Of a DNA stretch of 64,000 nucleotides, positions 9,516 to 19,479 are shown piece by piece. The DNA is taken from NCBI GenBank assembly GCA_963842295.1, contig CAWJFY010000007.1:180136-244135 (forward strand), in the 5' to 3' direction. The notes under the pieces were generated by a model. It was not told where the DNA came from. It saw only the letters and a program-made list of their open reading frames with translations, and searched no databases. Each line of letters begins with the position of its first letter. Positions within the stretch are counted from its first letter, which is position 1. The translations under genes were made by a program, and so were the position numbers. This DNA is from an uncultured Actinomycetota bacterium. GTDB taxonomy: Bacteria > Actinomycetota > UBA4738 > HRBIN12.

Positions 9516-10264
9516 CGACCCACCTCCAGGACCATCCCCGGCACCGCGATGTCGATCGGCCCCGTGAAGGTCTCGGCGGCCTCGCGGATCGAGATCCGGT
9601 GATCGAGCTCGGGCGTCAGATGCGTGAGCACCAGGTGATCGGCGCCCGCGGCGGTCGCGACCTCGCCTGCCTGCGCCGCCGACAGATGGAACGGATAGAG
9701 CTTCGAAGCGTTCTGATACGTCGCCTCGCACAGGAACAGGTCGGCGTCGCGCCCCAGGGCGATCGCTGCCTCGCATGGTCCCGTGTCGCCGGTGTAGGAG
9801 AACACGACCCCACCAGCCTCGATCCGGTAGCCGAGCGAGAAGACGCCGATGTGCTGCATCTCGAACGGCGTGATCCTGAACGGTCCCAGCTCGAAGACGT
9901 CGCCTGGGGCCGCGGTGCGGAATTCGAAGGCCTCCGCCATCACGTTGCGCCCGTTCTCCGAAACGAGCGCTGCCGCGATGTCGGTGAATCCCCCCGGGGA
10001 CCAGAAGGGAAGACCTGGATGCCCCAGTCTCCCGTAGTGCCGCGCGTAGAACGTCGGGATGATGTCGACGTAGTGATCGGGATGACCGTGGGTGATGAGC
10101 ATCGCCCCGACGTCGTCGACGCCGACCACCTGCTGAAGGCGAGCGAACGTGCCGGTGCCGGCATCGACCTGCAGGTGATAGCCGTCCTGCGTGACCAGGT
10201 AGCCGCAGTTCTCGCCGCCGGCGCCGGGCCACGTGCCTTGCGCGCCCAGGACCGTCAGCTCCAC
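9512..10264 (-). CDS. MBL-fold metallo-hydrolase
   Basis: HGHPDHY motif. Conserved actinobacterial position between murI and rph. Confidence 0.7.
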   Translation of the reverse strand: MELTVLGAQGTWPGAGGENCGYLVTQDGYHLQVDAGTGTFARLQQVVGVDDVGAMLITHGHPDHYVDIIPTFYARHYGRLGHPGLPFWSPGGFTDIAAALVSENGRNVMAEAFEFRTAAPGDVFELGPFRITPFEMQHIGVFSLGYRIEAGGVVFSYTGDTGPCEAAIALGRDADLFLCEATYQNASKLYPFHLSAAQAGEVATAAGADHLVLTHLTPELDHRISIREAAETFTGPIDIAVPGMVLEVGR

Positions 10265-11073
10265 GCGCCCTCCACCGTCACCTGTTGCACGCCGAGATCT
10301 CGAACCTCGGGACCGAGGAACACTTCCGCGAGACGCTGGAACCGTTCGGGATCGCCCGTCGTGACGAACTCATGCACGGGCCTTCCGTCGGCGGGCGCCA
10401 GGAGCTCTCGGGACACGAGGTCACCGTACACGTCCTTCGCGGTCTCCTCTGCCGACGAGACCAGTACGACGTCGGGACCGAGCTCGAGCTGGAGGAGTCC
10501 GGAGAGAAGCGGATAGTGGGTGCATCCCAATACGAGGGTGTCGATCCCGGCCTCCATGAGTGGCTCAAGATACCCGCGCGCCGCGGCCCGGAGCTCCGAG
10601 GAGCTGGTGTCCCCTCGTTCGACATGATCGACGAAGGCAGGGCACGCGGCCGTGTGCAACGCGACGGACGAGCCGATCGCCCGCTGGTAGGCGCCCGTGG
10701 CTATCGTCGCCTCGGTCCCGATCACGCCGACGACCCCGTTGCGCGTCGCTCGGATCGCCGCGCGAGACCCGGGGTTCACCACGCCCACGACGGGGATGTC
10801 GGCGCTCACCGCGATGTCGCCGATCGCCGAGACCTCGATCGAGTTGCAGGCGATGACGAGCAGCTTCACGTCTCGTCGAACGAGGTACTCCGCGATCTCG
10901 AGGGCGTAGCGGCGGATCCGCTCGACCGGCTGCGATCCGTAGGGGAACCGAGCCGAGTCGCCCACGTAGATCAGCGGCTCGTGGGGTAGGAGGTCGATGA
11001 TCGCGCGCGCGACCGTCAGCCCGCCGACGCCGGAGTCGAACACGCCGATCGGCCGCGGGTCGCTCACCACCAC
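10255..11073 (-). CDS. murI: Glutamate racemase
   Basis: [24 protein letters not shown] and LGCTHYP motifs. Three consecutive GTG candidates overlap the cysM stop. Confidence 0.8.
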   Translation of the reverse strand: MVVSDPRPIGVFDSGVGGLTVARAIIDLLPHEPLIYVGDSARFPYGSQPVERIRRYALEIAEYLVRRDVKLLVIACNSIEVSAIGDIAVSADIPVVGVVNPGSRAAIRATRNGVVGVIGTEATIATGAYQRAIGSSVALHTAACPAFVDHVERGDTSSSELRAAARGYLEPLMEAGIDTLVLGCTHYPLLSGLLQLELGPDVVLVSSAEETAKDVYGDLVSRELLAPADGRPVHEFVTTGDPERFQRLAEVFLGPEVRDLGVQQVTVEGAWS

Positions 11074-11999
11074 AGGGACTCGGAGACCTTCTTCTCCGCG
11101 GTCGCGAGATCGTCGGCCCATGCTTCGGTGGAGAGGTACTTCCAGCCGCCGTCCGCGAGGAGGCAGACGATGTGCCCCTCACGCGACTCGGCCGCGATCC
11201 GCTGCGCCACGTGGACGACCGCCCCCGACGAGATCCCCGAGAAGATGCCCTCCCTCGAGGTCAGCTCCCGCGTCGCTCGGAGGGCGTCGTCGGAGCTGAC
11301 GAGGAACTTCCGGTTCACCTCGGCGGGATCGAAGATCGGCGGGACGAACCCCTCGTCGAGCGAACGGAGGCCGTAGACGAGATCGCCCAGCTCCGGCTCG
11401 GCGGCTACGACTCGGATCGAGGGGTCGTGCGCGTGCAGGGCGCGGCCCGCGCCGGTGAGCGTGCCGCCCGTGCCCATCCCGGCGACGAAGTGCGTCACTT
11501 CAGGGAGGTCGGCGACGATCTCCCGCCCCGTCCCTTCCTCATGGGCTCGCGGGTTGGCCGGGTTCCCGTACTGGAACGGCATGTAGTACGTGGGATCCTC
11601 CGCGAGAGCCCGGGCCACCTCGATAGAGCCGTTCGTGCCCTTGTCGCCGTCGGAGAAGACGATCTCGGCCCCGAACAGCCGAAGGAGACCGAGCCGCTCC
11701 TGACTCGCGTTGTCGGGCAGGACGACCGTGAGGCGGTAGCCCTTCCGCTTGGCGACCATCGCGAGGGAGATGCCGGTGTTGCCGGAAGTCGGCTCGAGGA
11801 TCGTCTTGTCGGGCGTCAGCTCACCGGACGCCTCGGCGGACTCGACCATCGCGAGCGCGATCCGATCCTTCGTCGACCCCGTGGGGTTGTTCCCTTCGAG
11901 CTTCGCCCAGAGGTGCACGCCAGGCTTCGAGGACATCGAGGGCAAGCCGACGAGGGGTGTGTTCCCGATCGCCTGAAGGATGTCGTCGTGGCGCGTCAC
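11064..11999 (-). CDS. cysM: Cysteine synthase (PLP-dependent; CysM/CysK family)
   Basis: NPTGSTKDRIA (PLP lysine) and GTGGT motifs. It lies in a cluster with cysO, moeZ and mec. Confidence 0.8.
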   Translation of the reverse strand: MTRHDDILQAIGNTPLVGLPSMSSKPGVHLWAKLEGNNPTGSTKDRIALAMVESAEASGELTPDKTILEPTSGNTGISLAMVAKRKGYRLTVVLPDNASQERLGLLRLFGAEIVFSDGDKGTNGSIEVARALAEDPTYYMPFQYGNPANPRAHEEGTGREIVADLPEVTHFVAGMGTGGTLTGAGRALHAHDPSIRVVAAEPELGDLVYGLRSLDEGFVPPIFDPAEVNRKFLVSSDDALRATRELTSREGIFSGISSGAVVHVAQRIAAESREGHIVCLLADGGWKYLSTEAWADDLATAEKKVSESLWW

Positions 12000-12066
12000 G
12001 CACCGAGTATCCCAGCGGGTGATGCGCTCCCTGGGGTGAGGCCGAGGTCGAACCCGAGTCTCGCGC

Positions 12067-12933
12067 CTACGGGTCGAAGGCCGGAGGCAACGGCGAGACC
12101 AGCCAGCCGTCTCCTTGGGGACGAGCGCCGCGGGACTCGACGATCCCGGACTCGAGAACCATCCAACTCACGGGTCCCCCCTTGTAGGTGAACGACCACG
12201 CGATCAACTGATGCGTCCGAGGATCGAAGTGCATGGTCCATCTTCCCCCATCGATCGAGAACTCCACAGCCACGGCACTCCGGCCGAGCCGGTCTTCCGT
12301 GTGCTCGATCGTCGTGACGCCACGGAGGTCGCTCACGATCTCGAAGAGCGCGGCACGGACGTCGGGTGGAACTTCGGGTGCCATCTTCAACAGGTGGGTC
12401 GCGACATCCCAGAGCCCCTCGGGCTGCTCGGCTGCCTGGCCAGCCCACGGGTCACGCCGCAACTCCGCCAAGAGCTCCTCCGGATCGGGCGAAAGCCGAT
12501 CCGAGACGGTTGCCTCCACTGGAAACTCGCCCGGCCCGAAGGTCCCACTGGGAGGTGACGGATATTTGTCCTGGCGCGTACTCCGGTTGCGTACCTCGCC
12601 CGAGCCATCGGTGGCCCACCACGTCTCCAGATCTCCGATATGGCCGTCGACCGCTTCGGAGCTCCGGATCCGCAGATAGAAGTACTCACCCGGACGCAAC
12701 GACAGGCCACCGACCCCCGGCACCCTCGGCTCCTTCTCCAGACCGGAGAGGATCACCAGGCTTCCGCCCACCGCAGCCGCAGCGACCCCTAGGGCGATTG
12801 CTCCCGACGCCAGACGTTGCCTCCGTCGTCTTCGATCTCGCCTCTCGATCAATCGGTCGAACGGCTGGACGGGCAGGGTCAACTCCCTACTCGCGCGCTG
12901 CAGTCGCTCCCGCACGTCACTCATCTCGCTCAA
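12067..12933 (-). CDS. Single-pass membrane protein co-transcribed with the ECF sigma factor (putative anti-sigma factor)
   Basis: Cytoplasmic N-terminus, one TM (ASGAIALGVAAAAVGGSLVIL) and an extracytoplasmic domain. Its start overlaps the sigma-factor stop. Confidence 0.45.
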   Translation of the reverse strand: MSEMSDVRERLQRASRELTLPVQPFDRLIERRDRRRRRQRLASGAIALGVAAAAVGGSLVILSGLEKEPRVPGVGGLSLRPGEYFYLRIRSSEAVDGHIGDLETWWATDGSGEVRNRSTRQDKYPSPPSGTFGPGEFPVEATVSDRLSPDPEELLAELRRDPWAGQAAEQPEGLWDVATHLLKMAPEVPPDVRAALFEIVSDLRGVTTIEHTEDRLGRSAVAVEFSIDGGRWTMHFDPRTHQLIAWSFTYKGGPVSWMVLESGIVESRGARPQGDGWLVSPLPPAFDP

Positions 12934-13453
12934 CCATCTCCTTCGCGAGGGTCGCGCGACCGCGGGCCGCGAGGACCCGCACCGTCACCGGAGCGATCCC
13001 GAGGACATCACCCGCTCGCTCCGAGGTGAGGTCGAGGACGTCCAACAACACCACCGCAGCTCGCTGTCGCGGAGGCAACGGCGCCAGCGCGCGCACGACG
13101 GCGTCGCGCTCCTCAACGGCGGCCAGTTCGTCGTCGACGTGGAGCTGGTGGAAGGCCTTCCGCAGAGCCACCCCGGCACGTCGGAGCCGACTTCTCCATC
13201 CGTTCATCGCGGTTCGGTAGAGGTAGGCGACGGGGTCCGGTCCGGGCGCCACCCGGTCCCATCGTTGCCACACGCTCAGGAACGCATCCTGCATGATCTC
13301 CTCCGCCTCGTGGCGGTTCCTCGTCACCAACCAGAGCGCGCGGAACAAGCGCTCGTGGTGCTGTTCGAAGAACATCGCGAAATCGAGTGGTCGCTCGGGC
13401 GCTCGCTCCCGTCGCGATCCTGCCGCCACCACGACCTCGTCCATGCGCGTCAT
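12917..13453 (-). CDS. ECF (sigma-70 family) RNA polymerase sigma factor
   Basis: Region 2 (FEQHHERLFRALWLVTRNRHEAEEIMQDAFLSVW) and region 4 (LPPRQRAAVVLLDVLDLTSERAGDVLGIAPVTV). Confidence 0.75.
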   Translation of the reverse strand: MTRMDEVVVAAGSRRERAPERPLDFAMFFEQHHERLFRALWLVTRNRHEAEEIMQDAFLSVWQRWDRVAPGPDPVAYLYRTAMNGWRSRLRRAGVALRKAFHQLHVDDELAAVEERDAVVRALAPLPPRQRAAVVLLDVLDLTSERAGDVLGIAPVTVRVLAARGRATLAKEMVERDE

Positions 13454-13505
13454 GTACGCACAGCCTGCCTGGTTTCGTTTACGCGGGTGATCCGTCCCGG
13501 CAGGG

Positions 13506-13781
13506 CTAGCCGCCAGCGACGGCGGGCAGGATCGAGATGGTGTCGCCGTCGCCCACCTCGGTCTCGAGCGACCCGAGGTAGCGCACGTCCTCGTCGTTCA
13601 GGTAGACGTTGATGAACCGGTGGAGCCCGCCGTCCTCGGCCACGACGTTCTTCGTGATCCCCGGATAGCTCGCCTCGAGGTCGCCGAGGACATCACGGAG
13701 CGTGCCTCCTTCGGCGCTCACCCTGGGCTCTCCGCCCGCGTGCTTGCGGAGGATCGTGGGCAGCTTCACCTGGACGGACAT
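13506..13781 (-). CDS. cysO: Sulfur-carrier protein (MoaD/ThiS/CysO family) ending in Gly-Gly
   Basis: A 91-aa ubiquitin-like fold ending ...ILPAVAGG*, lying between moeZ and the cysM block. Confidence 0.7.
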   Translation of the reverse strand: MSVQVKLPTILRKHAGGEPRVSAEGGTLRDVLGDLEASYPGITKNVVAEDGGLHRFINVYLNDEDVRYLGSLETEVGDGDTISILPAVAGG

Positions 13782-13796
13782 GTCGTGGTTGCTCCT

Positions 13797-14621
13797 CTAC
13801 TCGGGTCGGGCGGGAACGCCGCAGAACTGCTCGTAGTCGATCAGCTCGGTGATCGTCGGCTCCTTGCCGCACACCGGGCAATCGGCGTCCCAGCGGATCC
13901 TCACTTCCTGGAAGCTCAGATCGAGCGCGTCGTAGAGGAGCAACCGCCCTTCGAGCGTTTCGCCCTCGCCCGTGATCAGCTTGATCGCCTCGGTCGCCTG
14001 GATCGAGCCGATCACACCGGGCAGGACGCCGAACACGCCGCCTTCGGCACACGACGGGACCGTGCCGGGTGGCGGCGGCGTCGGGAACAGGCACCGGTAG
14101 CACGGCGTCTCCTGTCCCGGCATGAACACCGTCGCCTGTCCTTCGAATTGGTAGATCGAGCCGTAGACGAGCGGCTTGCCGAGGAACTGGGTGGCGTCGT
14201 TCACGAGGTAGCGGACCGGGAAGTTGTCGGTGCCGTCCACGATCACGTCGTAGGGCTCCATCACGTCGAACACGTTGGTCGAGAACAGCAGCGTGTCGTG
14301 GCCCACGATCTCGACCGTCGGATTGATCCCGCGCAAGTGCTCGAGGGCCGAATCGACCTTGGAGCGACCGACGTCGGCGTTCGTGTGCAGGATCTGGCGC
14401 TGGAGATTGGAGACGTCGACCGCGTCGAAGTCGACGATGCCGAGCTTCCCGACGCCGGCGGCGGCCAGGTACATCGCGATCGGCGACCCGAGTCCACCCG
14501 CACCGATCACGAGGACGCTCGAGTCGAGCAGCTTCCTCTGTCCGGCCCCCCCGACGTTGGGCAGGATGATGTGGCGCGCGTAGCGCTGCACGTCGTCCTC
14601 GGTGAACTTCCGGTCGCTCAC
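13797..14621 (-). CDS. moeZ: MoeB/ThiF-family E1-like adenylyltransferase (MoeZ-like, no rhodanese domain)
   Basis: VIGAGGLGSP nucleotide motif and CxxC...CPVCG zinc site. GTG start in a GTGA overlap with the mec stop. Confidence 0.75.
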   Translation of the reverse strand: MSDRKFTEDDVQRYARHIILPNVGGAGQRKLLDSSVLVIGAGGLGSPIAMYLAAAGVGKLGIVDFDAVDVSNLQRQILHTNADVGRSKVDSALEHLRGINPTVEIVGHDTLLFSTNVFDVMEPYDVIVDGTDNFPVRYLVNDATQFLGKPLVYGSIYQFEGQATVFMPGQETPCYRCLFPTPPPPGTVPSCAEGGVFGVLPGVIGSIQATEAIKLITGEGETLEGRLLLYDALDLSFQEVRIRWDADCPVCGKEPTITELIDYEQFCGVPARPE

Positions 14622-15016
14622 GTGACCGTCATCTCCTCTTCCTCGACCTTGCCCTCGCGGATGAAGAACGACCGGAGCACCGGCTGCTCGCGGTCGGCGA
14701 CCGAAAGCAGCAGGTACCGAGAGTCCGGGTAGAAGGCGAGCTTGATGTCCGTTTCCGATGGATAGGCCTCCGAGTGCGTGTGGGAGTGGTAGATCGCCCA
14801 GATGTCCCACCCTCGTTCCTCGACCTCGTCGAAGACCTTGAACTGCTCCCGTCCGTCGAACCGGTACGTGTCCGAGCTCGCGTTCGCGTTCGTCATGGGA
14901 TACACGCGCACCGGGACCTCGCCTTCGCCCGCGATCAGGCCGCAGGCCTCGTTGGGGAACTCGCGGAGCGCTTGCTCCACGATCTCCTTGTAGAAGACGC
15001 CGTCCAGTTCAGCCAT
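14618..15016 (-). CDS. mec: JAMM/MPN+ metalloprotease (Mec+-like CysO-cysteine hydrolase)
   Basis: The JAMM motif E...HSH.H.....PS.D is present as EACGLIAGEG...YHSHTHSEAYPSETD. The start is the internal ATG at 15016; the long upstream extension is a GC artefact. Confidence 0.7.
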   Translation of the reverse strand: MAELDGVFYKEIVEQALREFPNEACGLIAGEGEVPVRVYPMTNANASSDTYRFDGREQFKVFDEVEERGWDIWAIYHSHTHSEAYPSETDIKLAFYPDSRYLLLSVADREQPVLRSFFIREGKVEEEEMTVT

Positions 15017-15140
15017 GTCCTCATGGATGCCGGCGGGATCCGCGGGAGGCGCATCCCTCTTGCACCTGCAAATCCTACCAACGAGGTCGGATATTCCCGT
15101 CGTGCGGGGTCGGACTCCGCCTGGGACGATGACCTCGGGG

Positions 15141-15977
15141 ATGACTCGCGTCGCCGTCATCGGCCACGTCGAATGGATCACGTTCGCCCGGGTGGAACAG
15201 GTGCCGACCGCGGGCGGGATCGCACATGCCAGCGAGACATGGTCCGGCGCGGGCGGCGGCGGTGGGGTGGCCGCGCGGCAACTCGCCAAGCTCGCGGGAT
15301 GGTGCGACTTCTTCCTCGCGCTCGGGGACGATGACGTTGCGGAGCGGGCGCGGGAGGAGCTCGTCGCAGACGGGGTGCACGTCCACGCCGCGACGAGGGC
15401 GACATCGACCAGGGAAGCGATCTGTCTTATCGATCCGAGCGGGGAGCGCACGATCCTGACTCTCGGTCCACGCCTCGAGGCTCGAGGTTCGGACGCCCTC
15501 CCTTGGGATCGCGTCGCCGACGCCGACGCCGTGTACGTGACCGCCGGAGACGAGGAGGCGCTCCGTCGCGCGCGCACAGCCCGGATCGTCGTCGTGTCGT
15601 CGCGGCACCTCTCGACGCTCGCTGCGTCCGGGATCCAGGCCGACGCGGTGGTGGGAAGCGGCAAGGATCCTGCAGAGCGCTACGACCCTGAGCGGCTGGC
15701 GCTCGCTCCGCCGGGTCTGGTCGTTCAGACGGAGGGGGCGGCCGGCGGCCGCTACCGGCGAGCGGACGGTCGGGAAGGCCGATACGCCCCGGTCCCGCCG
15801 CCCGGTCCTATCTCCGACACGTACGGCAGCGGGGATTCCTTCCAGGCAGCGCTCACGTTCGCGCTCGGCGCCGGATACGACCTGACCCGCGCGCTCGAGC
15901 TCGCCGCCCGGTGCGGGTCCGCGGCCTTGACCGGCCGTGGACCCGCCGAGGGGCAGCTCACCGCTGCGGCGCTCTGA
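15141..15977 (+). CDS. PfkB-family carbohydrate/nucleoside kinase
   Basis: C-terminal DTYGSGDSFQAALTFAL (ribokinase anion-hole/GD motif). ATG at 15141. Confidence 0.6.
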   Translation: MTRVAVIGHVEWITFARVEQVPTAGGIAHASETWSGAGGGGGVAARQLAKLAGWCDFFLALGDDDVAERAREELVADGVHVHAATRATSTREAICLIDPSGERTILTLGPRLEARGSDALPWDRVADADAVYVTAGDEEALRRARTARIVVVSSRHLSTLAASGIQADAVVGSGKDPAERYDPERLALAPPGLVVQTEGAAGGRYRRADGREGRYAPVPPPGPISDTYGSGDSFQAALTFALGAGYDLTRALELAARCGSAALTGRGPAEGQLTAAAL

Positions 15978-15979
15978 GT

Positions 15980-17530
15980 TCAGGCGAGGAGCTCCGCGGA
16001 CTTCGCCCAGAGCTCGCGGTCGTCGTCGCGGAACGCCTGGACCGCGGCCATCGTCGTGGGCCCGAGCGCAAGGTTCGTTCCCGGGAGGTTCCGCCGGATC
16101 TGCTCCAGCTCTTTCCGCGTGAACTCGCAGGTCGAGGTGTTGGGCTCGACCCGGTACAGGGCGGCGCCGTTCAGCCCCAGGATCTTGGCCTTGAGCTCCT
16201 TGGTCAGCTTGGGATAGCCGTAGCGCTCTCGGAACTCCTCGGAGATCTGGAACGTGCGCATCGCCTGGATGAGCGGCTGCGGCGAGCCGTAGAACAGACA
16301 GTCGGTCCCCCAGAGGACGTTGTCCTGTCCCACGTGCTTCAGCAGCTTGCCGAGGACGTGCGCCGCCTGCTCGGGATACCGCATGACGTACCACCACGTC
16401 GAGCCGATCTCGGCATACACGTTCTCGTTGGGGCCTATGCCCTCGCGCTTCATCGACGCGATCAGCCGGTTCACGCCCAGATGGGTCGTCCCGCGCGTGT
16501 ACGGGCCCTCGGTCACGCCCGACTCGAAGCCGGAGTGGTAGGCGACGAAGTTCACATCGGGGTGCCGCCTCGCGGCCGGGCCGATGTCGTCGGGCGAGGC
16601 GTTCGCGTTCCCGAGCGACAGCCCCTTGTGGGTGCAGATGGTCGGGATGCCGAGAGCCACCGCCTGTCGGATGAACCGTTCCCCCAGGTCGCCGCCGTCC
16701 CGGTCGTCGAGCCACCAGACGTTCCCGTCGCCCTCGAACGCGCCGGGGAAGTGGGTGAACGTCTTCCACGCCGCGACCGGGTAGCGGCCGGCCGTGTGCT
16801 CCATCGCGTCGAGGGCGGCCCGCTGCGTGCCTACGTTGGGCAGGGCCTGCGCGTGGAGCAGGATCCGCTCGTCGCGGCAGAGGCCCTCGACGGTGCGGCG
16901 GGTGATGTCCATGATCTCGGGCGAGAGCGGGCTGCCCTCGGGGAAGATCGGGAGCGACGACAGCACCAGCATGTTGGTGTCCGAGCGCAGGAACATCAGC
17001 TCGAGGAAGTGCTCGATCGAGTAGCACACGCGAGGGTCGTCTTCGCCGCAGCCCTTCTGCGGGAAAGCCTGCCAGAAGTTCTGTCCGTTCAGGACCGGGT
17101 TCAGGTGGTACTCGAGCAGATGCCCTTGGATGTCGAAGACGAACTCCTCTCCCCCGAGCGCCTCGTACGCGCTCGGCGGCTCGACCGAGGCGCTCGGCGG
17201 GATCTCGTACGAGCCGCCCGGCTCGCTGGTGGCCGCCGACGGATCCGAGCGGTGCTCCTCCCGCGTACAGGCGTTCAGGGCGAGGAACGTGGTGGCCGCG
17301 CCGCAGGCCGAGAGCAGGAACTCTCGGCGGCTCATGCCGAGGCGACGCGCGTTGCGCTCGGCGTCGTCCCGGGCACGGCGGATCGTTTCTTGCAGGACGG
17401 GGGGGAGGACCGGTTCCGGGTCGTACTCCGCGTTCGACGCCGGCCCGAACTCGATGGGGAGCCCGGGATCTCCCTCGGCCCAGTCGCCCGGCGGTTTCTT
17501 CGGCGTCTCCACACGACCCCCTTCGCGCAA
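15980..17530 (-). CDS. Tat-secreted amidohydrolase-family (TIM-barrel metal hydrolase) protein
   Basis: Twin-arginine signal SRREFLLSACGAATTFLALNAC, and YHSGFE and WGTDC motifs. An alternative start lies at ATG 17335. Confidence 0.6.
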   Translation of the reverse strand: MREGGRVETPKKPPGDWAEGDPGLPIEFGPASNAEYDPEPVLPPVLQETIRRARDDAERNARRLGMSRREFLLSACGAATTFLALNACTREEHRSDPSAATSEPGGSYEIPPSASVEPPSAYEALGGEEFVFDIQGHLLEYHLNPVLNGQNFWQAFPQKGCGEDDPRVCYSIEHFLELMFLRSDTNMLVLSSLPIFPEGSPLSPEIMDITRRTVEGLCRDERILLHAQALPNVGTQRAALDAMEHTAGRYPVAAWKTFTHFPGAFEGDGNVWWLDDRDGGDLGERFIRQAVALGIPTICTHKGLSLGNANASPDDIGPAARRHPDVNFVAYHSGFESGVTEGPYTRGTTHLGVNRLIASMKREGIGPNENVYAEIGSTWWYVMRYPEQAAHVLGKLLKHVGQDNVLWGTDCLFYGSPQPLIQAMRTFQISEEFRERYGYPKLTKELKAKILGLNGAALYRVEPNTSTCEFTRKELEQIRRNLPGTNLALGPTTMAAVQAFRDDDRELWAKSAELLA

Positions 17531-17563
17531 GATAACGGGCGCGCCGCGGGTGCGGTTCCCGAA

Positions 17564-18637
17564 CTAGGCGCCGAGCGAACCGGAGACCGTGATCCTGCCG
17601 GGCTCTCCGGCCACGATGGTGCCGATCTTCGCGAACGTCACGTCGTGGTCGAGCAGGGCGGACTCCATCGAGGGCTTGTGTTTGGCCGCGATCAGCAGGC
17701 CGCCGGACGTCTGGGCATCCGCCAGGATCAGCCGCTGGGGTTCCGGAAGATCGCCGAAGTCCGCATGTGGGCGGACGTAGGCGAGGTTCCGCTTCGTGCC
17801 GCCGGGTACCACGTCACGGTGAGCGAGGTCGAGGATCCGTGGATCCATCAACGGGATCGCGCCGGCGTCGAGGTCGGCGGCCACACCCGATGCCTCGAGC
17901 ATGCGGTGGAGGTGGCCGAGCAACCCGAACCCGGTGACGTCGGTGCCCGCCTCGGCGTCTGCGTCTCGCATCGCCTCGGCGGCCGACCTGTTCGTCGTCG
18001 TCATCAGCTCGATCGCGCTGGTGATGAGGTCATCGTCCGCGATCCCCCGCTTGATCGCGGTCGAGATGATCCCGAGACCGAGCGGCTTCGTGAGGTAGAG
18101 CGCGGCGCCGACAGGCGCGGTCGAGTTGCGCACGACCTCGTCGGGCGGCACCAAGCCGATCGCGACCATGCCGTACTTCGGCTCCGGATCGGTGATCGAG
18201 TGTCCACCGGCGACGACCACTCCCTCGGCCGCCGCGACGTCCACCCCACCCTGCAGAACCCGGGCGAGTATGTCGAGGGGAAGGTCGTCCACGGGCCAGT
18301 TCACGATGTTGAGCGCGAGGAGCGGACGTCCTCCCATCGCGTACACGTCCGAGAGCGCGTTCGTCGCCGCGATCCGCCCCCAGTCGTAGGGGTCGTCCAC
18401 GATCGGCGTGAAGAAGTCGAGCGTCGCGATCAGCCCCTCCCCCGACGGGAGGCGGTGCACCGCGGCGTCGTCTCCCGTGTCGGTTGAGACGAGGACGTCC
18501 GCGGACACCGGAGGCAACCTCACGCCCTCGAGGACCGTCAGGAGATCGTCGGGCCCGAGCTTGCAGCCGCAGCCGGCGCCATGGCTGAAGCTGGTCAGTC
18601 GCCGGATCTCGGTGGCCTCCCGCACGACCGGAAGCAT
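17564..18637 (-). CDS. selD: Selenide, water dikinase (selenophosphate synthetase), Cys-type
   Basis: N-terminal RLTSFSHGAGCGCK matches the SelD active-site loop (Cys rather than Sec). Internal ATG at 18637. Confidence 0.8.
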   Translation of the reverse strand: MLPVVREATEIRRLTSFSHGAGCGCKLGPDDLLTVLEGVRLPPVSADVLVSTDTGDDAAVHRLPSGEGLIATLDFFTPIVDDPYDWGRIAATNALSDVYAMGGRPLLALNIVNWPVDDLPLDILARVLQGGVDVAAAEGVVVAGGHSITDPEPKYGMVAIGLVPPDEVVRNSTAPVGAALYLTKPLGLGIISTAIKRGIADDDLITSAIELMTTTNRSAAEAMRDADAEAGTDVTGFGLLGHLHRMLEASGVAADLDAGAIPLMDPRILDLAHRDVVPGGTKRNLAYVRPHADFGDLPEPQRLILADAQTSGGLLIAAKHKPSMESALLDHDVTFAKIGTIVAGEPGRITVSGSLGA

Positions 18638-18651
18638 ACGAAGCGGTTGCG

Positions 18652-19470
18652 TCAGGACGGTGGCGCGGCTTGAGTTTCCGCGTTGCCGGGCGGGGGGCCG
18701 GGCTCTGTCCCCATCGCGTGGAACCCCCCGTCGACGTGGACGAGCTCCCCCGTGATGCCCGCTGACAGGTCGGAGAGAAGGAACGCGATCGCGCCGGCAA
18801 CCGGACGGCCGTCCGCCGTGTCCCATCCGAGCGGTGCGCGGTCGGCCCAGCTCCCGGCGATGCGGTCGAAACCGGGGATCCCCTTACCCGCCATCGTCTT
18901 CATGGGTCCCGCGGACACCGTGTTGACCCGGATCTTCTTGGGCCCAAGGTCCCGCGCCAGGTATCTCGTGACCGACTCAAGGCCAGCTTTCGCGACGCCC
19001 ATCCAGTCGTAGATCGGCCAGGCGACCCTCGCGTCGAAGTCGAGGGAGACGATCGCGCCGCCATTCGACTCCATCAGCGGCAGCATCCCGACGGCGAGGG
19101 AGCTGAGCGAGAACGTGCTCGTCTTGAATGCGGTCGCGACGCTCTCCCACGGCGTGTGCAGGAAGTTGCCGCCGAGGGCGTCCTGCGGCGCGAACGCGAT
19201 CGCGTGCAGGAACCCGTCGAGGCGGCCCCATCGGCCTTCGAGCTCTCGGCGCACGGCGTCGATCTGCTCCGGTTCGTTCACGTCCATCTCGAGGACGTCG
19301 GGAGGATCCGGGAGCCGCTTCGCGGTCTTCTCCGAGAGGCTCACCGTCCGACCGAAGTTCGTGAGGACGATCTCCGCGCCCTGCTCCTGCGCGACCTGCG
19401 CCGCCGAGAAGGCGATCGACTGCGGCGTGAGGACGCCGGTGATGAGGAGCTTCTTGCCCTCGAGCAGCAT
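18652..19470 (-). CDS. fabI: Enoyl-[acyl-carrier-protein] reductase (NADH), FabI/InhA type
   Basis: LLEGKKLLITGV..., Y..AK.. and the TVSAGPMKT region match FabI. Confidence 0.8.
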   Translation of the reverse strand: MLLEGKKLLITGVLTPQSIAFSAAQVAQEQGAEIVLTNFGRTVSLSEKTAKRLPDPPDVLEMDVNEPEQIDAVRRELEGRWGRLDGFLHAIAFAPQDALGGNFLHTPWESVATAFKTSTFSLSSLAVGMLPLMESNGGAIVSLDFDARVAWPIYDWMGVAKAGLESVTRYLARDLGPKKIRVNTVSAGPMKTMAGKGIPGFDRIAGSWADRAPLGWDTADGRPVAGAIAFLLSDLSAGITGELVHVDGGFHAMGTEPGPPPGNAETQAAPPS

Positions 19471-19479
19471 CGGCCAACC

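Noticed and set aside
8793-10232. 479-aa ORF suggesting a much longer RNase PH
   Set aside because: The N-terminal 239 aa are an Arg-rich read-through over the MBL gene in another frame. rph starts at the internal ATG (9515) with an ATGA overlap.
15075-17027. 650-aa minus-strand ORF (Arg/Pro/Gly-rich)
   Set aside because: It runs antisense to clearly real genes (the PfkB kinase) and in an alternative frame over the amidohydrolase gene. Its composition is typical of spurious open frames in high-GC DNA.
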